From contig NIVC01000623.1 of NCBI GenBank assembly GCA_002269645.1, forward strand, positions 128,830 to 192,829: 64,000 bases of DNA. The letters run 5' to 3'. This stretch comes from Macrostomum lignano (taxonomy: Eukaryota). Position 1 is the first letter of the stretch. Each line of letters starts with the position of its first letter. Under the pieces are notes generated by a model, which worked only from the letters and a program-made list of their open reading frames with translations, ran no database searches and was not told the origin of the DNA. Shown here one piece after another: positions 23,371-37,200 of this stretch. Both the position numbers and the translations under genes were made by a program.

Positions 23371-24240
23371 TTATATAAAAGACTTTTTTCGCTTGATTTC
23401 AAAACTTTGCCACTGCAGGGTCCTGCAGCTGAGACACCACAGCTCATAGCCTGAGGGCGGGATGGGCTCGATTTGGGGCGGAGCAGGCAGGTCCTCCGCC
23501 ATGTGGAAAATCTTCCTCTTACACAAGCGCTGCCTGTTCGGGGAGTCCTGTATGGAGTAAAATGGTTGGAGCGGTTGGACGCTTAACACTCAACACCCAA
23601 GCTTCACAATCCCCAAGCTTCACAATCCCCAAGCTTCACAATCCCCAAGCTTCACAATCCCCAAGCTTCACAATCCCCAAGCTTCACAATCCCCAAGCTT
23701 CACAATCCCCAAGCTTCACAATCCCCAAGCTTCACAATCCCCAAGCTTCACAATCCCCAAGCTTCACAATCCCCAAGCTTCACAATCCCCAAGCTTCACA
23801 ATCCCAAGCTTCACAATCCCCAAGCTTCACAATCCCCAAGCTTCACAATCCCGAAGATTCACAATCCCCAAGCTTCACAATCCCCAAGCTTCACAATCCC
23901 CAAGCTTCACAATCCACAAGCTTCACAATCCCAAGCCTCACAATCCCAAGCTTCACAATTCAAAGCCGAATTCAAACCAAACACATGGGCGGGTCAGCCA
24001 TGCAGTCCAGATTGTCTCTCCAGTACTCCATGACCTGACGCTTCCTCTCAGTCCTTCCCCTTCCATATTTGTCTGACTTCATCGGCCGCATACTGAATTA
24101 GAGTTGCGAATGGAAGGTGAATGAATTGAAGCGCAAGGCTATTTGGGATCGTGAATAATTACTCGCGTCCCGGATTTCGGATTTTGCGGGCTCATTGCCC
24201 AGCCTAAGGGGATGGCTCAGCCGCTGCAGCTCTCGCCTAG
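23371..24240 (-). CDS. possible exons of a small uncharacterised gene
   Basis: Acceptor ccatacag|GACTCC followed by DSPNRQRLCKRKIFHMAEDLPAPPQIEPIPP...KRKKSFI*. Upstream coding-like segment RKRQVMEYWRDNLDCMADPP lies across a repeat-filled interval. Phases are ambiguous. Confidence 0.3.
23595..23960. repeat. 16-bp minisatellite CCCCAAGCTTCACAAT
   Basis: About 22 copies. Confidence 0.95.
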
Positions 24241-24399
24241 CATTAGACAGTGAAAGTCAGTGAGAAGGGAAAAAGAAAATCTTCCTATCTAAGAGAGGCT
24301 TTCAGGGAGTGGATATAGGGAGTATTCTCTATGCTATGAGATTTTTTAGGATAAGATTCTCCGTTCTTACAGGCAAGATTCTCTGGTGTAAGACTCTCA

Positions 24400-24870
24400 G
24401 ATTGAATACTATCTAAGGGGTGAGACTCTCAGATTGAAGTCTAAGGGTGAGACTCTCAGATTGAAGTCTAAGGGTGAGACTCTCAGATTGAAGTCTAAGG
24501 GTGAGACTCTCAGATTGAAGTCTATTAAAGAGTGAAACTCTTAGATTGAAGTCTAAGGGTGAGACTCTCAGATTGAAGTCTGTCTAAGGGGTGAGACTCT
24601 TAGGTTAAAGTTTATCTAAGAATGAGACTCTCAAATTCAAGCCTGTTTCAGGGGTGAGGCTCTCAGATTGAAGTCTAAGGGTGAAACTCTCAGATTGGAG
24701 TCTATTTAAGGGTGAGGCTCTCAAAGTAAACCCCATCTAAGGGTGAGACTCTCAGGTTGGAGTCTATTTAAGGGTGAGACTCTCAGGTTGGAGTCTATTT
24801 AAGGGTGAGGCTCTCAAAGTAAACCCCATCTAAGGGTGAGACTCTCAGATTGAAGCCTCTATAAGGGGGG
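24400..24870. repeat. 27-bp minisatellite GAGACTCTCAGATTGAAGTCTAAGGGT
   Basis: About 15 degenerate copies. Confidence 0.9.
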
Positions 24871-25259
24871 AGATTCGGTGATAAAGTATCCTCTGAGGTG
24901 AAGACTATTATACGAGTAGTAGGTAAGCAAATCTGGCCATCAGTCTGCAGCTGCAACTCCTGAGCTCAGTGAAGCAATTAACTGAGTGAGAAAACAGTTG
25001 ACAAGCAACTCGTATCGGTGTCAATCAGTGTGTTAAAGTTTTTCCAAATTAGCCAGGTGGCAAAGCCCCCTGCTGCGAATTGACAGGCCTGAGGCCGCAG
25101 CCGGCCATTGGCCAGACTGACTGGCCAATAGAAGCCTGCCTGTCTTATCTAATAAATAGGCGCAGAGCTGGCAGTGTCTCTCGCACTTCAATACAGAAAC
25201 CGATTGCCTGTTTTCTGTTTCACAGTCTTTTTTACTGATCTTTCTTTAAGCAGCAACCA

Positions 25260-28200
25260 ATGCAGGAGATGCCGCCGCAGGAGCTGGAAATTCGGCCCTG
25301 GAAGATGCACAAGCAGCAGCAGCAATTGCGGCGGAAGCGGCGTCTCTCCTGCGTTTCCCGATGGCTGACGGAGCTGCGCTGGTACGCTGAGTCCGATTGC
25401 TCTAACGTACTTCACGGCAAGGCGCTGCCTTCGGCGACAGCGGCGGCCGCGGCGGCGGCTGCTGATGCGGACAGGCGGCGGCGAAGGCAGCGGCTGCCGG
25501 CCGCGGCCAGAGGTGAGGAGGGTCTGGCGTGAAAAGTGCGCGTGTACTTTTAGTGGTGTCTTATATCTACTCAACTATCCACCTCATATCTACTCAACTC
25601 TCCACCTCATGTCTACTCAACTCTCCACCTCATATCTACTCAACTCTCCACCTCATATCTACTCAACTCTCCACCTCATATCTACTCAACTCTCTACCTC
25701 ATATCCACTCAACTTTCCACCTCATATCTACTCAACTCTCTACCTCATATCTACTCAACTCTCTACCTCATATCCACTCAACTCTCCACCTCATATCTAC
25801 TCAACTGTCCACCTCATATCTACTCAACTGTCCACCTCATATCTACTCAACTGTCCACCTCATATCTACTCAACTCTCCACCTCATATCTACTCAACTCT
25901 CCACCTCATATCTACCATACCATCGATTTCAGCCTCAATCGAGCTGCTGGACGTCAAGGCTCGAATTGCGCTAACGGAATTCAAGGAGCTTTATGAGTGA
26001 GTCGACTTGGCGTTTTTTCGGATGAAAAACCTGATGTACCTGATGAACAACCCTAACTATTATTACCCACTAAAACCTCCAAATCAACTTCCAACCCCGA
26101 GCAGCAAGGCGGATCACCTGCCCGCGGCAAACTTAGCGGAAGCTGTACAGACAGTTTGCGGCTCCGCTGACAGCTTCATCAACGAGACCCTGGCTTTGTT
26201 GTTGCCATGTGGTGGAGCCGACATAGACTGTGTGAGTGCCTAATTCGCTTGCTCACCCACCCGCCTGTAATCACACACTCAGTTCACACAAGTGTTCAGC
26301 ATTCACACTCTGCCTTTCTTTGTATTTTAATTAAACTGTTCATCCTTCCTCTCCCTGCCTCCCCATTCACTCTTTTCTCTCACTCTTTGTCTCCCATTCA
26401 CTCTCTGTCTCCCATTCACTCTCTGTCTCCCATTCACTCTCTGTCTCCCATTCACTCTCTGTCTCCCATTCACTCTCTGTCTCCCATTCACTCTCTGTCT
26501 CCCATTCACTCTCTGTCTCCCATTCACTCTCTGTCTCCCATTCACTCTCTGTCTCCCATTCACTCTCTGTCTCCCATTCACTCTCTGTCTCCCATTCACT
26601 CTCTGTCTCCCATTCACTCTTTGTCTTCCATTCACTCTCTGTCTCCCATTCACTCTTTGTCTTCCATTCACTCTCTGTCTCCCATTCACTCTCTGTCTCC
26701 CATTCACTCTCTGTCTCCCATTCACTCTCTGTCTCCCATTCACTCTCTGTCTCCCATTCACTCTCTGTCTCCCATTCACTCTCTGTCTCCCATTCACTCT
26801 CTGTCTCCCATTCACTCTCTGTCTCCCATTCACTCTCTGTCTCCCATTCACTCTCTGTCTCCCATTCACTCTCTGTCTCCCATTCACTCTCTGTCTCCCA
26901 TTCACTCTCTGTCTCCCATTCACTCTCTGTCTCCCATTCAATCTCTGTCTCCCATTCACTCTCTGCCTCCCATTCACTCTCTGTCTCCCATTCACATTAC
27001 CATAGCCAGGTTTGCGTGTCCACCCTCATCATCAGGCCTGTCTCTCTTTGGAGCAGACTATTTTAATTAGTCCAGCTACATCCCATCCCTTCATCGCCAG
27101 GCTTTATTCCCGAATCCCCCCAGTCTGCCCCCTCCCCGACTGTAGCGAAGGGAAAATTACTGTTGGCAAGAAAGAGAAAGAATCTTCCATTGAGAGGCAG
27201 CTGGGGGTTTAAACAAAAATCCCTTGATGAAGACGAACTGGCCTCGAATATGGATTCGTCAGACTTCTATCTAATTCTATGCAAGAGAAATTCGGTCTGT
27301 CTGAGCAGGCACGAGACAGCGCTGCAATATGCTCACTCTTGCCCAATAATTCCTCTTCACTTTTCTGTCTTCTCCCAAAAAAATCTTGGCAACGATGGTC
27401 CAGTCACGACGTCAGTGCCCCTGTCGCTGAGATGAGGACTGAGAACTGAGATGCGGAATTCGGGAACTCATCAGGCGTGTTTTCTGCATCCCTCCTTTCT
27501 CTCAAACACACACATCCACACTCTCCCAAGCATCTCATCAACTCCATTGGGCTTAATCAATATATTTTATCTGTCTTTTTGTCTTCCTAATTTTGACTCA
27601 CATTCTAACTTCCTCCATGCCGGCCTCTCCCCCTCATCCCCTCTCCCCTCATCCCCTCTCCCCTCATCCCCTCTCCCCTCATCCCCTCTCCCCTCATCCC
27701 CTCTCCCCTCATCCCCTCTCCCCTCATCCCCTCTCCCCTCATCCCCTCTCCCCTCATCCCCTCTCCCCTCATCCCCTCTCCCCTCATCCCCTCTCCCCTC
27801 ATCCCCTCTCCCCTCATCCCCTCTCCCCTCATCCCTCTCCCCTCATCCCCTCTCCCCTCATCCCCTCTCCCCTCATCCCCTCTCCCCTCATCCCCTCTCC
27901 CCTCATCCCCTCTCCCCTCATCCCCTCTCCCCTCATCCCCTCTCCCCTCATCCCCTCTCCCCTCATCCCCTCTCCCCTCATCCCCTCTCCCCTCATCCCC
28001 TCTCCCCTCATCCCCTCTCCCCTCATCCCCTCTCCCCTCATCCCCTCTCCCCTCATCCCCTCTCCCCTCATCCCCTCTCCCCTCATCCCCTCTCCCCTCA
28101 TCCCCTCTCCCCTCATCCCCTCTCCCCTCATCCCCTCTCCCCTCATCCCCTCTCCCCTCATCCCCTCTCCCCTCATCCCCTCTCCCCTCATCCCCTCTCC

Positions 28201-31200
28201 CCTCATCCCCTCTCCCCTCATCCCTCTCCCCTCATCCCCTCTCCCCTCATCCCCTCTCCCCTCATCCCCTCTCCCCTCATCCCCTCTCCCCTCTCCCCCT
28301 CATCCCCTCTCCCCTCATCCCCTCTCCCCTCTCCCCCTCATCCCCTCTCCCCTCATCCCTCTCCCCTCATCCCCTCTCCCCTCATCCCCTCTCCCCTCAT
28401 CCCTCTCCCCTCATCCCCTCTCCCCTCATCCCTCTCCCTTCATCCCCTCTCTCCTCATCCCCTCTCCCCTCATCCCCTCTCCCCTCATCCCCTCTCCCCT
28501 CTCTCCCTCTCCCCTCTCCCCCTCATCCCCTCTCTCATTCATCCCTTGTCCACCTCATCCCCTCTCCCCTCATCCCCTCTCCCCTCATCCCCTCTCCCCT
28601 CATCCCCTCATCCCTCATCCTCTCACCCTTCATCCCTCTCTCCCCCTCTCTGCCCTCCCTCTCCCCCTCACTCCCTCTCTCGCCTCTCCTCCTTTCCCGC
28701 TTTTAATGTTTCCCCTCTTTATCTCTCCTCCTTCCCCCTCTCCCCTTCCTCCCTCTGCCCCTCTCCCTCTCCATCTCTCATTCACTCCTCCCCTAATCTT
28801 CTCCTCCCCCTTTCCTTCTCATCCTCCCTCTCTTCCCATCTCTAACTTTCGTTCACGTCGTCGCCCTCTCTCTCACAAGGCCCATCTCTTCTTGTTTATT
28901 TTCCCTAGCAAATCAGCCCCCCCCCCTGAAATCCGAACATTCCCAATGCCACTAAGCTATTAGTGTTGCTCACACCAGCCCAGCACATGGTCCCCGTAGA
29001 AACTGGGCATCTGCAATCGAAAGTGCAGTTTGGCCAGCTGTAGGCTTACCCACTAGTGCTTGGGCAACTTCGGGCCACTCAGCTTCACCGAATGATAAAG
29101 TCCCTCACCCTCTCCCATCATTTCCGAGCTCCCCACGCGCCAATCCCACTATTGGGTTCATCCGACGCCCCTGTCTGCACGGCCCTCGCTTGATTCGCAT
29201 GGACTGCTCCAGCGCTGGGGTCCATTTCCTATTGACTGGAAATAAAGCAGCCCGCCTGCCTGCCACCCACCGGGTCTGAGCACTTGTGCAGAACCTCCTC
29301 GAGCTAGCAAAGCTTTACTTAACTTGGTTGCTTTCGCTTTCTCATTCCATTCTCCGCTCTTCTCCTATCGCCTTCCTTCTCTCCTCTTTCTTCAGTCTCT
29401 TCACTGGTTTGTGCAATCTACTAATGGGAGTGTCTCTGAGAGACCATGTTAGACGCTCATTGTGAACATGTTAGACACATAGCGAGACAATGTTAGATAC
29501 TCACTGAGATAATGTTAGACACTCACTGAGATAAGGTTAGACACTCACTGAGATAAGGTTAGACACTTGTTAGACAATGTTAGACACTCACTGAGATAAG
29601 GTTAGACACTCACTGAGATAAGGTTAGACACTTGTTAGACAATGTTAGACACTCACTGAGATAAGGTTAGACACTCACTGAGATAAGGTTAGACACTTGT
29701 TAGACAATGTTAGACACTCACTGAGATAAGGTTAGACACTCACTGAGATAAGGTTAGACACTTGTTAGACAATGTTAGACACTCACTGAGATAAGGTTAG
29801 ACACTTGTTAGATAATGTTAGACACTCACCGAGATAAGGTTAGACACTCACTGAGATAATGTTAGACACTCACAGAGATAATGTTAGACACTCACCGAGA
29901 TAATGTTAGACACTCACAGAGATAATGTTAGACACTCACTGAGATAATGTTAGACACTCACAGAGATAATGTCAGACACTCACTGAGATAATGTCAGACA
30001 CTCACAGAGATAATGTCAGACACTCACTGAGATAATGTCAGACACTCACAGACATAATGTTAGACACTCACAGACATAATGTTAGACAGTCACTGAGAAA
30101 ATGTTAGACACTCACAGACATAATGTTAGACAGTCACTGAGATAATGTTAGACACTCACAGAGATAATGTCCGACACTCACTGAGAAAATGTTAGACACT
30201 CACAGAGATAATGTCCGACACTCACAGAGATAATGTCAGACACTCACAGAGATAATGTCAGACACTCACTGAGATAATGTCAGACACTCACAGACATACT
30301 GTTAGACACTCACAGACATAATGTTAGACAGTCACTGAGAAAATGTTAGACACTCACAGACATAATGTTAGACAGTCACTGAGATAATGTTAGACACTCA
30401 CAGACATAATGTTAGACACTCACTGAGAAAATGTTAGACACTCACAGAGATAATGTCCGACACTCACAGAGATAATGTCAGACACTCACAGAGATAATGT
30501 CAGACACTCACTGAGATAATGTCAGACACTCACAGACATAATGTTAGACACTCACAGACATAATGTTAGACAGTCACTGAGATAATGTTAGACACTCACA
30601 GACATAATGTTAGACACTCACTGAGAAAATGTTAGACACTCACAGACATAATGTTAGATACTCACTGAGATAATGTTAGACACTCACTGAGATAATGTTA
30701 GACACTCACTGAGATAATGTTAGACACTCACTGAGATAAGGTTAGACACTTACCAAGATAATGTTAGACACTCACAGACATAATGTTAGACACTCACCGA
30801 GATAATGTTAGACACTCACCGAGATAATGTTAGACACTCACTGAGATAATGTTAGACACTCACAGACATAATGTTAGACACAAATTTGGAGTCGTTCACA
30901 GACAATTTCTTCACAACTCCGCGCTCCCTTTCAGATGAAGACTTTGGTGCATCAGCACTGCTGCAAGCTGCAACGTCAGGTCTCAAAAAGGTGAGCTCAT
31001 TGACGATGTCTCTGCTTTTGCCAGGACTTAAGAACGGTCAACTTCCCTACTTAATTTCCCCTTTGATTTCGGAGAAATTAAGCACCACAGCCTTCCAGCA
31101 TCCCCATTACTGATCTCCTACCGGATCTCCTTCATCTTCTAAATAGGCTTCTCTGCTCCTAAGCCGAAGCTTCTCTTTTTTGGCCGGCAGTTTCTCACCG

Positions 31201-34200
31201 ACACCCTCGCCAAGGAGAAAAATTTATCGAGAGCTTTCGGCTTGGGGGGGGGGCTCTCGAGAGAGAAGCAAGACAGAGCGGACCGGAGAAGTTGGGCCAG
31301 TGTTTCCTTCCGTCTCCCTTTCACGCCTCCCCCCATTTTCTTCCCAGCGAGGTCCGGCGTAAATCACACAGAAATCCCCCTTGAAAAGCATTATCCCCTT
31401 TCTATCCCCTCCCTGTCTTTAGTTACTGATTAATGATGGTTGGTTGGCTGAGACTATTTTGCTGCAGTTCCGTACTCACTCCGATACTTTATAGGGTTGG
31501 AATGCATTGTTGTTCTTTTTTTCGTTTCATTGAAAGACTCGTAACCTTAAAAATATGATTATATCGTTGGATAGACAGGCTTGTAAGTTTTTATCAGTTC
31601 TCAGTTAGACACAGGGGTGTCAACTCTTAGGCACAAGGACAAGGCTCTATCATGTTAGACACAGGTTGTCCCAAATTTTAGACACTGGCCTCTTACCTGT
31701 TGTTAGACATTTGTTCTCACCTGTTAGACCCAGGGCCTTCCCTGTTGTTAGACATATTATTCTCACCTGTTGGACACAGACGTCTCACCTGTTAGATACA
31801 GATACATCACCTGTTAGACAGAGACATATCACCTGTTAGACACAGACATATCACCTGTTAGACAGAGACATATCACCTGTTAGACACAGACATATCACCT
31901 GTTAGACACAGACATATCACCTGTTAGACACAGACATATCACCTGTTAGACACAGACATATCACCTGTTAGACACAGACATATCACCTGTTAGACACAGA
32001 CATATCACCTGTTAGACACAGACATATCACCTGTTAGATACGGAAATATCACCTGTTAGACACAGACATATCACCTGTTAGATACGGACATATCACCTGT
32101 TAGACACAGACGTCTCATCTGTTAGACACAGACATATCACCTGTTAGATACAGATACATCACCTGTTAGACACAGATATATCACCTGTTAGATACAGTCA
32201 TATCACCTGTTAGATACAGACATATCACCTGTTAGACACGGACATATCACCTGTTAGACACAGACATATCACCTGTTAGATACAGTCATATCACCTGTTA
32301 GACACGGACATATCACCTGTTAGACACAGTCATATCACCTGTTAGATACAGTCATATCACCTGTTAGATACAGACATATCACCTGTTAGACACAGACGTC
32401 TCATCTGTTAGACACGGACCTCTTACCTGTTGTTAGACATTTGTTCTCACCTGTTAGAGGCATAACTCTCACCTGTTTACTGCTTTCTAAACCTTGGCGC
32501 CAAACTCAGCCGCGGCGCCGCCTGTCTTTCTGGCGCCAAAAACGGCCACCAGTGTCGCGCCGTTCGCACCCGGCTCTCGCAAGCAGCCGAGGCCCTGGCC
32601 GGATTAGCGCGTCAGGCCATCCTGCAGCTGCTGGCCGGACTGTCAGATGGCCTGGCCGAAGGCCAACTGGCGGCGGACGAAAACTGCGGACAGCGAAAAT
32701 TCGGGGAGTTGACAGATCTGCACGCTCTGGCGCGGAAAGGGGAGCGATTCTGCGACCTAATTGCACAGGTGCGACATTGAGACCTTGGCTATTTAATATG
32801 ATCTGTCATGCACCTGTTCTCTGTCTCTAATCTAATCATGCACCCGTTATGTATCTCTAATCTAGTCATGCACATGTTCTGTGTCTCTATCTAATCATGC
32901 ACCTGTTCTGTGTCTCTAATCTAATCATGCACCTGTTCTGTATCTAATCTAATCATGCACCTGTTCTGTGTCTCTAATCTAATCATGCACCTGTTCTCTG
33001 TCTCTAATCTAATCATGCACATGTTCTGTGTCTCTAATCTAATCATGCACATGTTCTCTGTCTCTAATCTAATCATGCACCTGTTATGTGTCTCTAATCT
33101 AATCATGCACATGTTCTGTGTCTCTAATCTAATCATGCACCTGTTCTGTGTCTCTAATCTAATCATGCACCTGTTCTGTGTCTCTAATCTAATCATGTAC
33201 CTGTTCTGTGTCTCTAATCTAATCATGCACCTGTTCTGTGTCTCTAATCTAATCATGTACCTGTTCTGTGTCTCTAATCTAATCATGCACCTGTTCTGTG
33301 TCTCTAATCTAATCATGCACATGTTCTGTGTCTCTAATCTAATCATGCACCTGTTATGTGTCTCTAATCTAATCATGCACATGTTCTGTGTCTCTAATCA
33401 AAACATGCACATGTTCTCTGTCTCTAATCTAATCATGCACATGTTCTGTGTCTCTAATCTAATCATGCACATGTTCTGTGTCTCTAAATCTAATCATGCA
33501 CCTGTTCTGTGTCTCTAATCTAATCATGTACCTGTTCTGTGTCTCTAATCTAATCATGCACCTGTTCTGTGTCTCTAATCTAATCATGCACATGTTCTGT
33601 GTCTCTAATCTAATCATGCACCTGTTCTCTGTCTCTAATCTAATCATGCACATGTTATGTGTCTCTAATCTAATCATGCACATGTTCTGTGTCTCTAATC
33701 TAATCATGCACCTGTTATGTGTCTCTAAATCTAATCATGCACATGTTCTGTGTCTCTATCTAATCATGCACCTGTTCTGTGTCTCTAATCTAATCATGCA
33801 CCTGTTCTGTCTCTAATCTAATCATGCACCTGTTCTGTGTCTCTAATCTAATCATGCACATGTTCTCTGTCTCTAATCTAATCATGTACCTGTTCTGTGT
33901 CTCTAATCTAATCATGCACCTGTTCTGTGTCTCTAATCTAATCATGCACCTGTTCTGTATCTAATCTAATCATGCACCTGTTCTGTGTCTCTAATCTAAT
34001 CATGCACATGTTCTGTGTCTCTAATCTAATCATGCACATGTTCTCTGTCTCTAATCTAATCATGCACCTGTTATGTGTCTCTAATCTAATCATGCACATG
34101 TTCTGTGTCTCTAATCTAATCATGCACCTGTTCTGTGTCTCTAATCTAATCATGCACCTGTTCTGTGTCTCTAATCTAATCATGTACCTGTTCTGTGTCT

Positions 34201-37200
34201 CTAATCTAATCATGCACCTGTTCTGTGTCTCTAATCTAATCATGTACCTGTTCTGTGTCTCTAATCTAATCATGCACCTGTTCTGTGTCTCTAATCTAAT
34301 CATGCACATGTTCTGTGTCTCTAATCTAATCATGCACCTGTTCTCTGTCTCTAATCTAATCATGCACATGTTCTGTGTCTCTAATCTAATCATGCACCTG
34401 TTCTGTGTCTCTAATCTAATCATGCACCTGTTCTGTGTCTCTAATCTAATCATGTACCTGTTCTGTGTCTCTAATCTAATCATGCACCTGTTCTGTGTCT
34501 CTAATCTAATCATGCACCTGTTCTCTGTCTCTAATCTAATCATGCACATGTTCTCTGTCTCTAATCTAATCATGTACCTGTTCTGTGTCTCTAATCTAAT
34601 CATGCACCTGTTCTGTGTCTCTAATCTAATCATGTACCTGTTCTGTGTCTCTAATCTAATCATGCACCTGTTCTGTGTCTCTAATCTAATCATGCACCTG
34701 TTCTGTGTCTCTAATCTAATCATGCACCTGTTATGTGTCTCTAATCTAATCATGCACATGTTATGTGTCTCTAATCTAATCATGCACATGTTCTCTGTCT
34801 CTAATCTAATCATGCACCTGTTATGTGTCTCTAAATCTAATCATGCACATGTTCTGTGTCTCTATCTAATCATGCACCTGTTCTGTGTCTCTAATCTAAT
34901 CATGCACCTGTTCTGTCTCTAATCTAATCATGCACCTGTTCTGTGTCTCTAATCTAATCATGCACATGTTCTCTGTCTCTAATCTAATCATGTACCTGTT
35001 CTGTGTCTCTAATCTAATCATGCACATGTTCTGTGTCTCTAATCTAATCATGCACCTGTTCTGTATCTAATCTAATCATGCACCTGTTCTGTGTCTCTAA
35101 TCTAATCATGCACATGTTCTGTGTCTCTAATCTAATCATGCACATGTTCTCTGTCTCTAATCTAATCATGCACCTGTTATGTGTCTCTAATCTAATCATG
35201 CACATGTTCTGTGTCTCTAATCTAATCATGCACCTGTTCTGTGTCTCTAATCTAATCATGCACCTGTTCTGTGTCTCTAATCTAATCATGTACCTGTTCT
35301 GTGTCTCTAATCTAATCATGCACCTGTTCTGTGTCTCTAATCTAATCATGTACCTGTTCTGTGTCTCTAATCTAATCATGCACCTGTTCTGTGTCTCTAA
35401 TCTAATCATGCACATGTTCTGTGTCTCTAATCTAATCATGCACCTGTTCTCTGTCTCTAATCTAATCATGTACCTGTTCTGTGTCTCTAATCTAATCATG
35501 CACCTGTTCTGTGTCTCTAATCTAATCATGCACCTGTTCTGTGTCTCTAATCTAATCATGTACCTGTTCTGTGTCTCTAATCTAATCATGCACCTGTTCT
35601 GTGTCTCTAATCTAATCATGCACATGTTCTGTGTCTCTAATCTAATCATGCACATGTTCTGTGTCTCTAATCTAATCATGCACCTGTTCTGTGTCTCTAA
35701 TCTAATCATGCACCTGTTCTGTGTCTCTAATCTAATCATGTACCTGTTCTGTGTCTCTAATCTAATCATGCACCTGTTCTGTGTCTCTAATCTAATCATG
35801 CACCTGTTCTCTGTCTCTAATCTAATCATGCACATGTTCTCTGTCTCTAATCTAATCATGTACCTGTTCTGTGTCTCTAATCTAATCATGCACCTGTTCT
35901 GTGTCTCTAATCTAATCATGTACCTGTTCTGTGTCTCTAATCTAATCATGCACCTGTTCTGTGTCTCTAATCTAATCATGTACCTGTTCTGTGTCTCTAA
36001 TCTAATCATGCACATGTTCTCTGTCTCTAATCTAATCATGCACATGTTCTGTGTCTCTAAATCTAATCATGCACCTGTTCTGTGTCTCTAATCTAATCAT
36101 GCACCTGTTCTGTGTCTCTAATCTAATCATGCACATGTTCTGTGTCTCTAATCTAATCATGCACCTGTTCTGTGTCTCTAATCTAATCATGCACCTGTTC
36201 TGTATCTAATCTAATCATGCACCTGTTCTGTGTCTCTAATCTAATCATGCACCTGTTCTCTGTCTCTAATCTAATCATGCACATGTTCTCTGTCTCTAAT
36301 CTAATCATGTACCTGTTCTGTGTCTCTAATCTAATCATGCACCTGTTCTGTGTCTCTAATCTAATCATGCACCTGTTCTGTGTCTCTAATCTAATCATGT
36401 ACCTGTTCGAATTTTCAGTCCGGCACGCTGGAGGCCCTGCTGAACTTCTGCGGTAGCCTCTCCAATTCAGCGGGTTGGCCGCTGGCCCTCCGCACCGTGT
36501 GCATCGTGTGCTGCACAGAGGAGGCGGTGCGCAGTTTTCATCAGGTATCGAGACTATTCGATTTTTTATGAAAGTTCATTCACGCTTTTTTGTAATTTTA
36601 AACCAGAAATCGATACTCACTTCTTTAAGTAGCTGTCTTAACCCTCGGTAATTACCTATAAAATGGAGCGCAAAATCTCTTAAGAATCGCCCTCCAGTCT
36701 CAATGAGAGTCGCCCTCCAGTCTCAATGAGAGTCTCCCTCCAGTCTCAATAAGAGTCGCCCTCCAGTCTCAATGAGAATCGCCCCTCCAGTCTCAATAAG
36801 AGTCGCCATCCAGTCTCAATGAGAATCGCCCTCCAGTCTCAATAAGAGTCGCCCTCCAGTCTCAATGAGAATCGCCCTCCAGTCTCAATAAGAGTCGCCC
36901 TCCAGTCTCAATGAGAGTCGCCCTCCAGTCTCAATGAGAATCGCCCTCTAGTCTCAATGAGAGCCGCCCTCCCCACTCAATGAGAATCGCCCTCCAGTCT
37001 CAATGAGAGTCGCCCTCCAGTCTCAATGAGAGTCGCCCTCCAGTCTCAATGAGAATCGCCCTCCAGTCTCAATGAGAATCGCCCTCCAGTCTCAATGAGA
37101 ATCGCCCTCCAGTCTCAATGAGAATCGCCCTCCAGTCTCAATGAGAATCGCCCTCCAGTCTCAATGAGAATCGCCCTCCAGTCTCAATGAGAGTCTCCCT

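Noticed and set aside
26207-28963. ORFs of 222-464 aa (SPIHSL, NGRQRV, SSPLP, MRGEG repeats)
   Set aside because: Stop-free translations of 18-bp and 15-bp intronic repeats.
29260-29330. Possible extra insc exon ([10 protein letters not shown])
   Set aside because: No donor giving a compatible phase, and the gene model is already in frame without it.
32921-36456. Long ORFs ([10 protein letters not shown] / [10 protein letters not shown] repeats, up to 337 aa) on both strands
   Set aside because: Translations of a 30-bp satellite lying inside insc intron 5, bounded by canonical splice sites.
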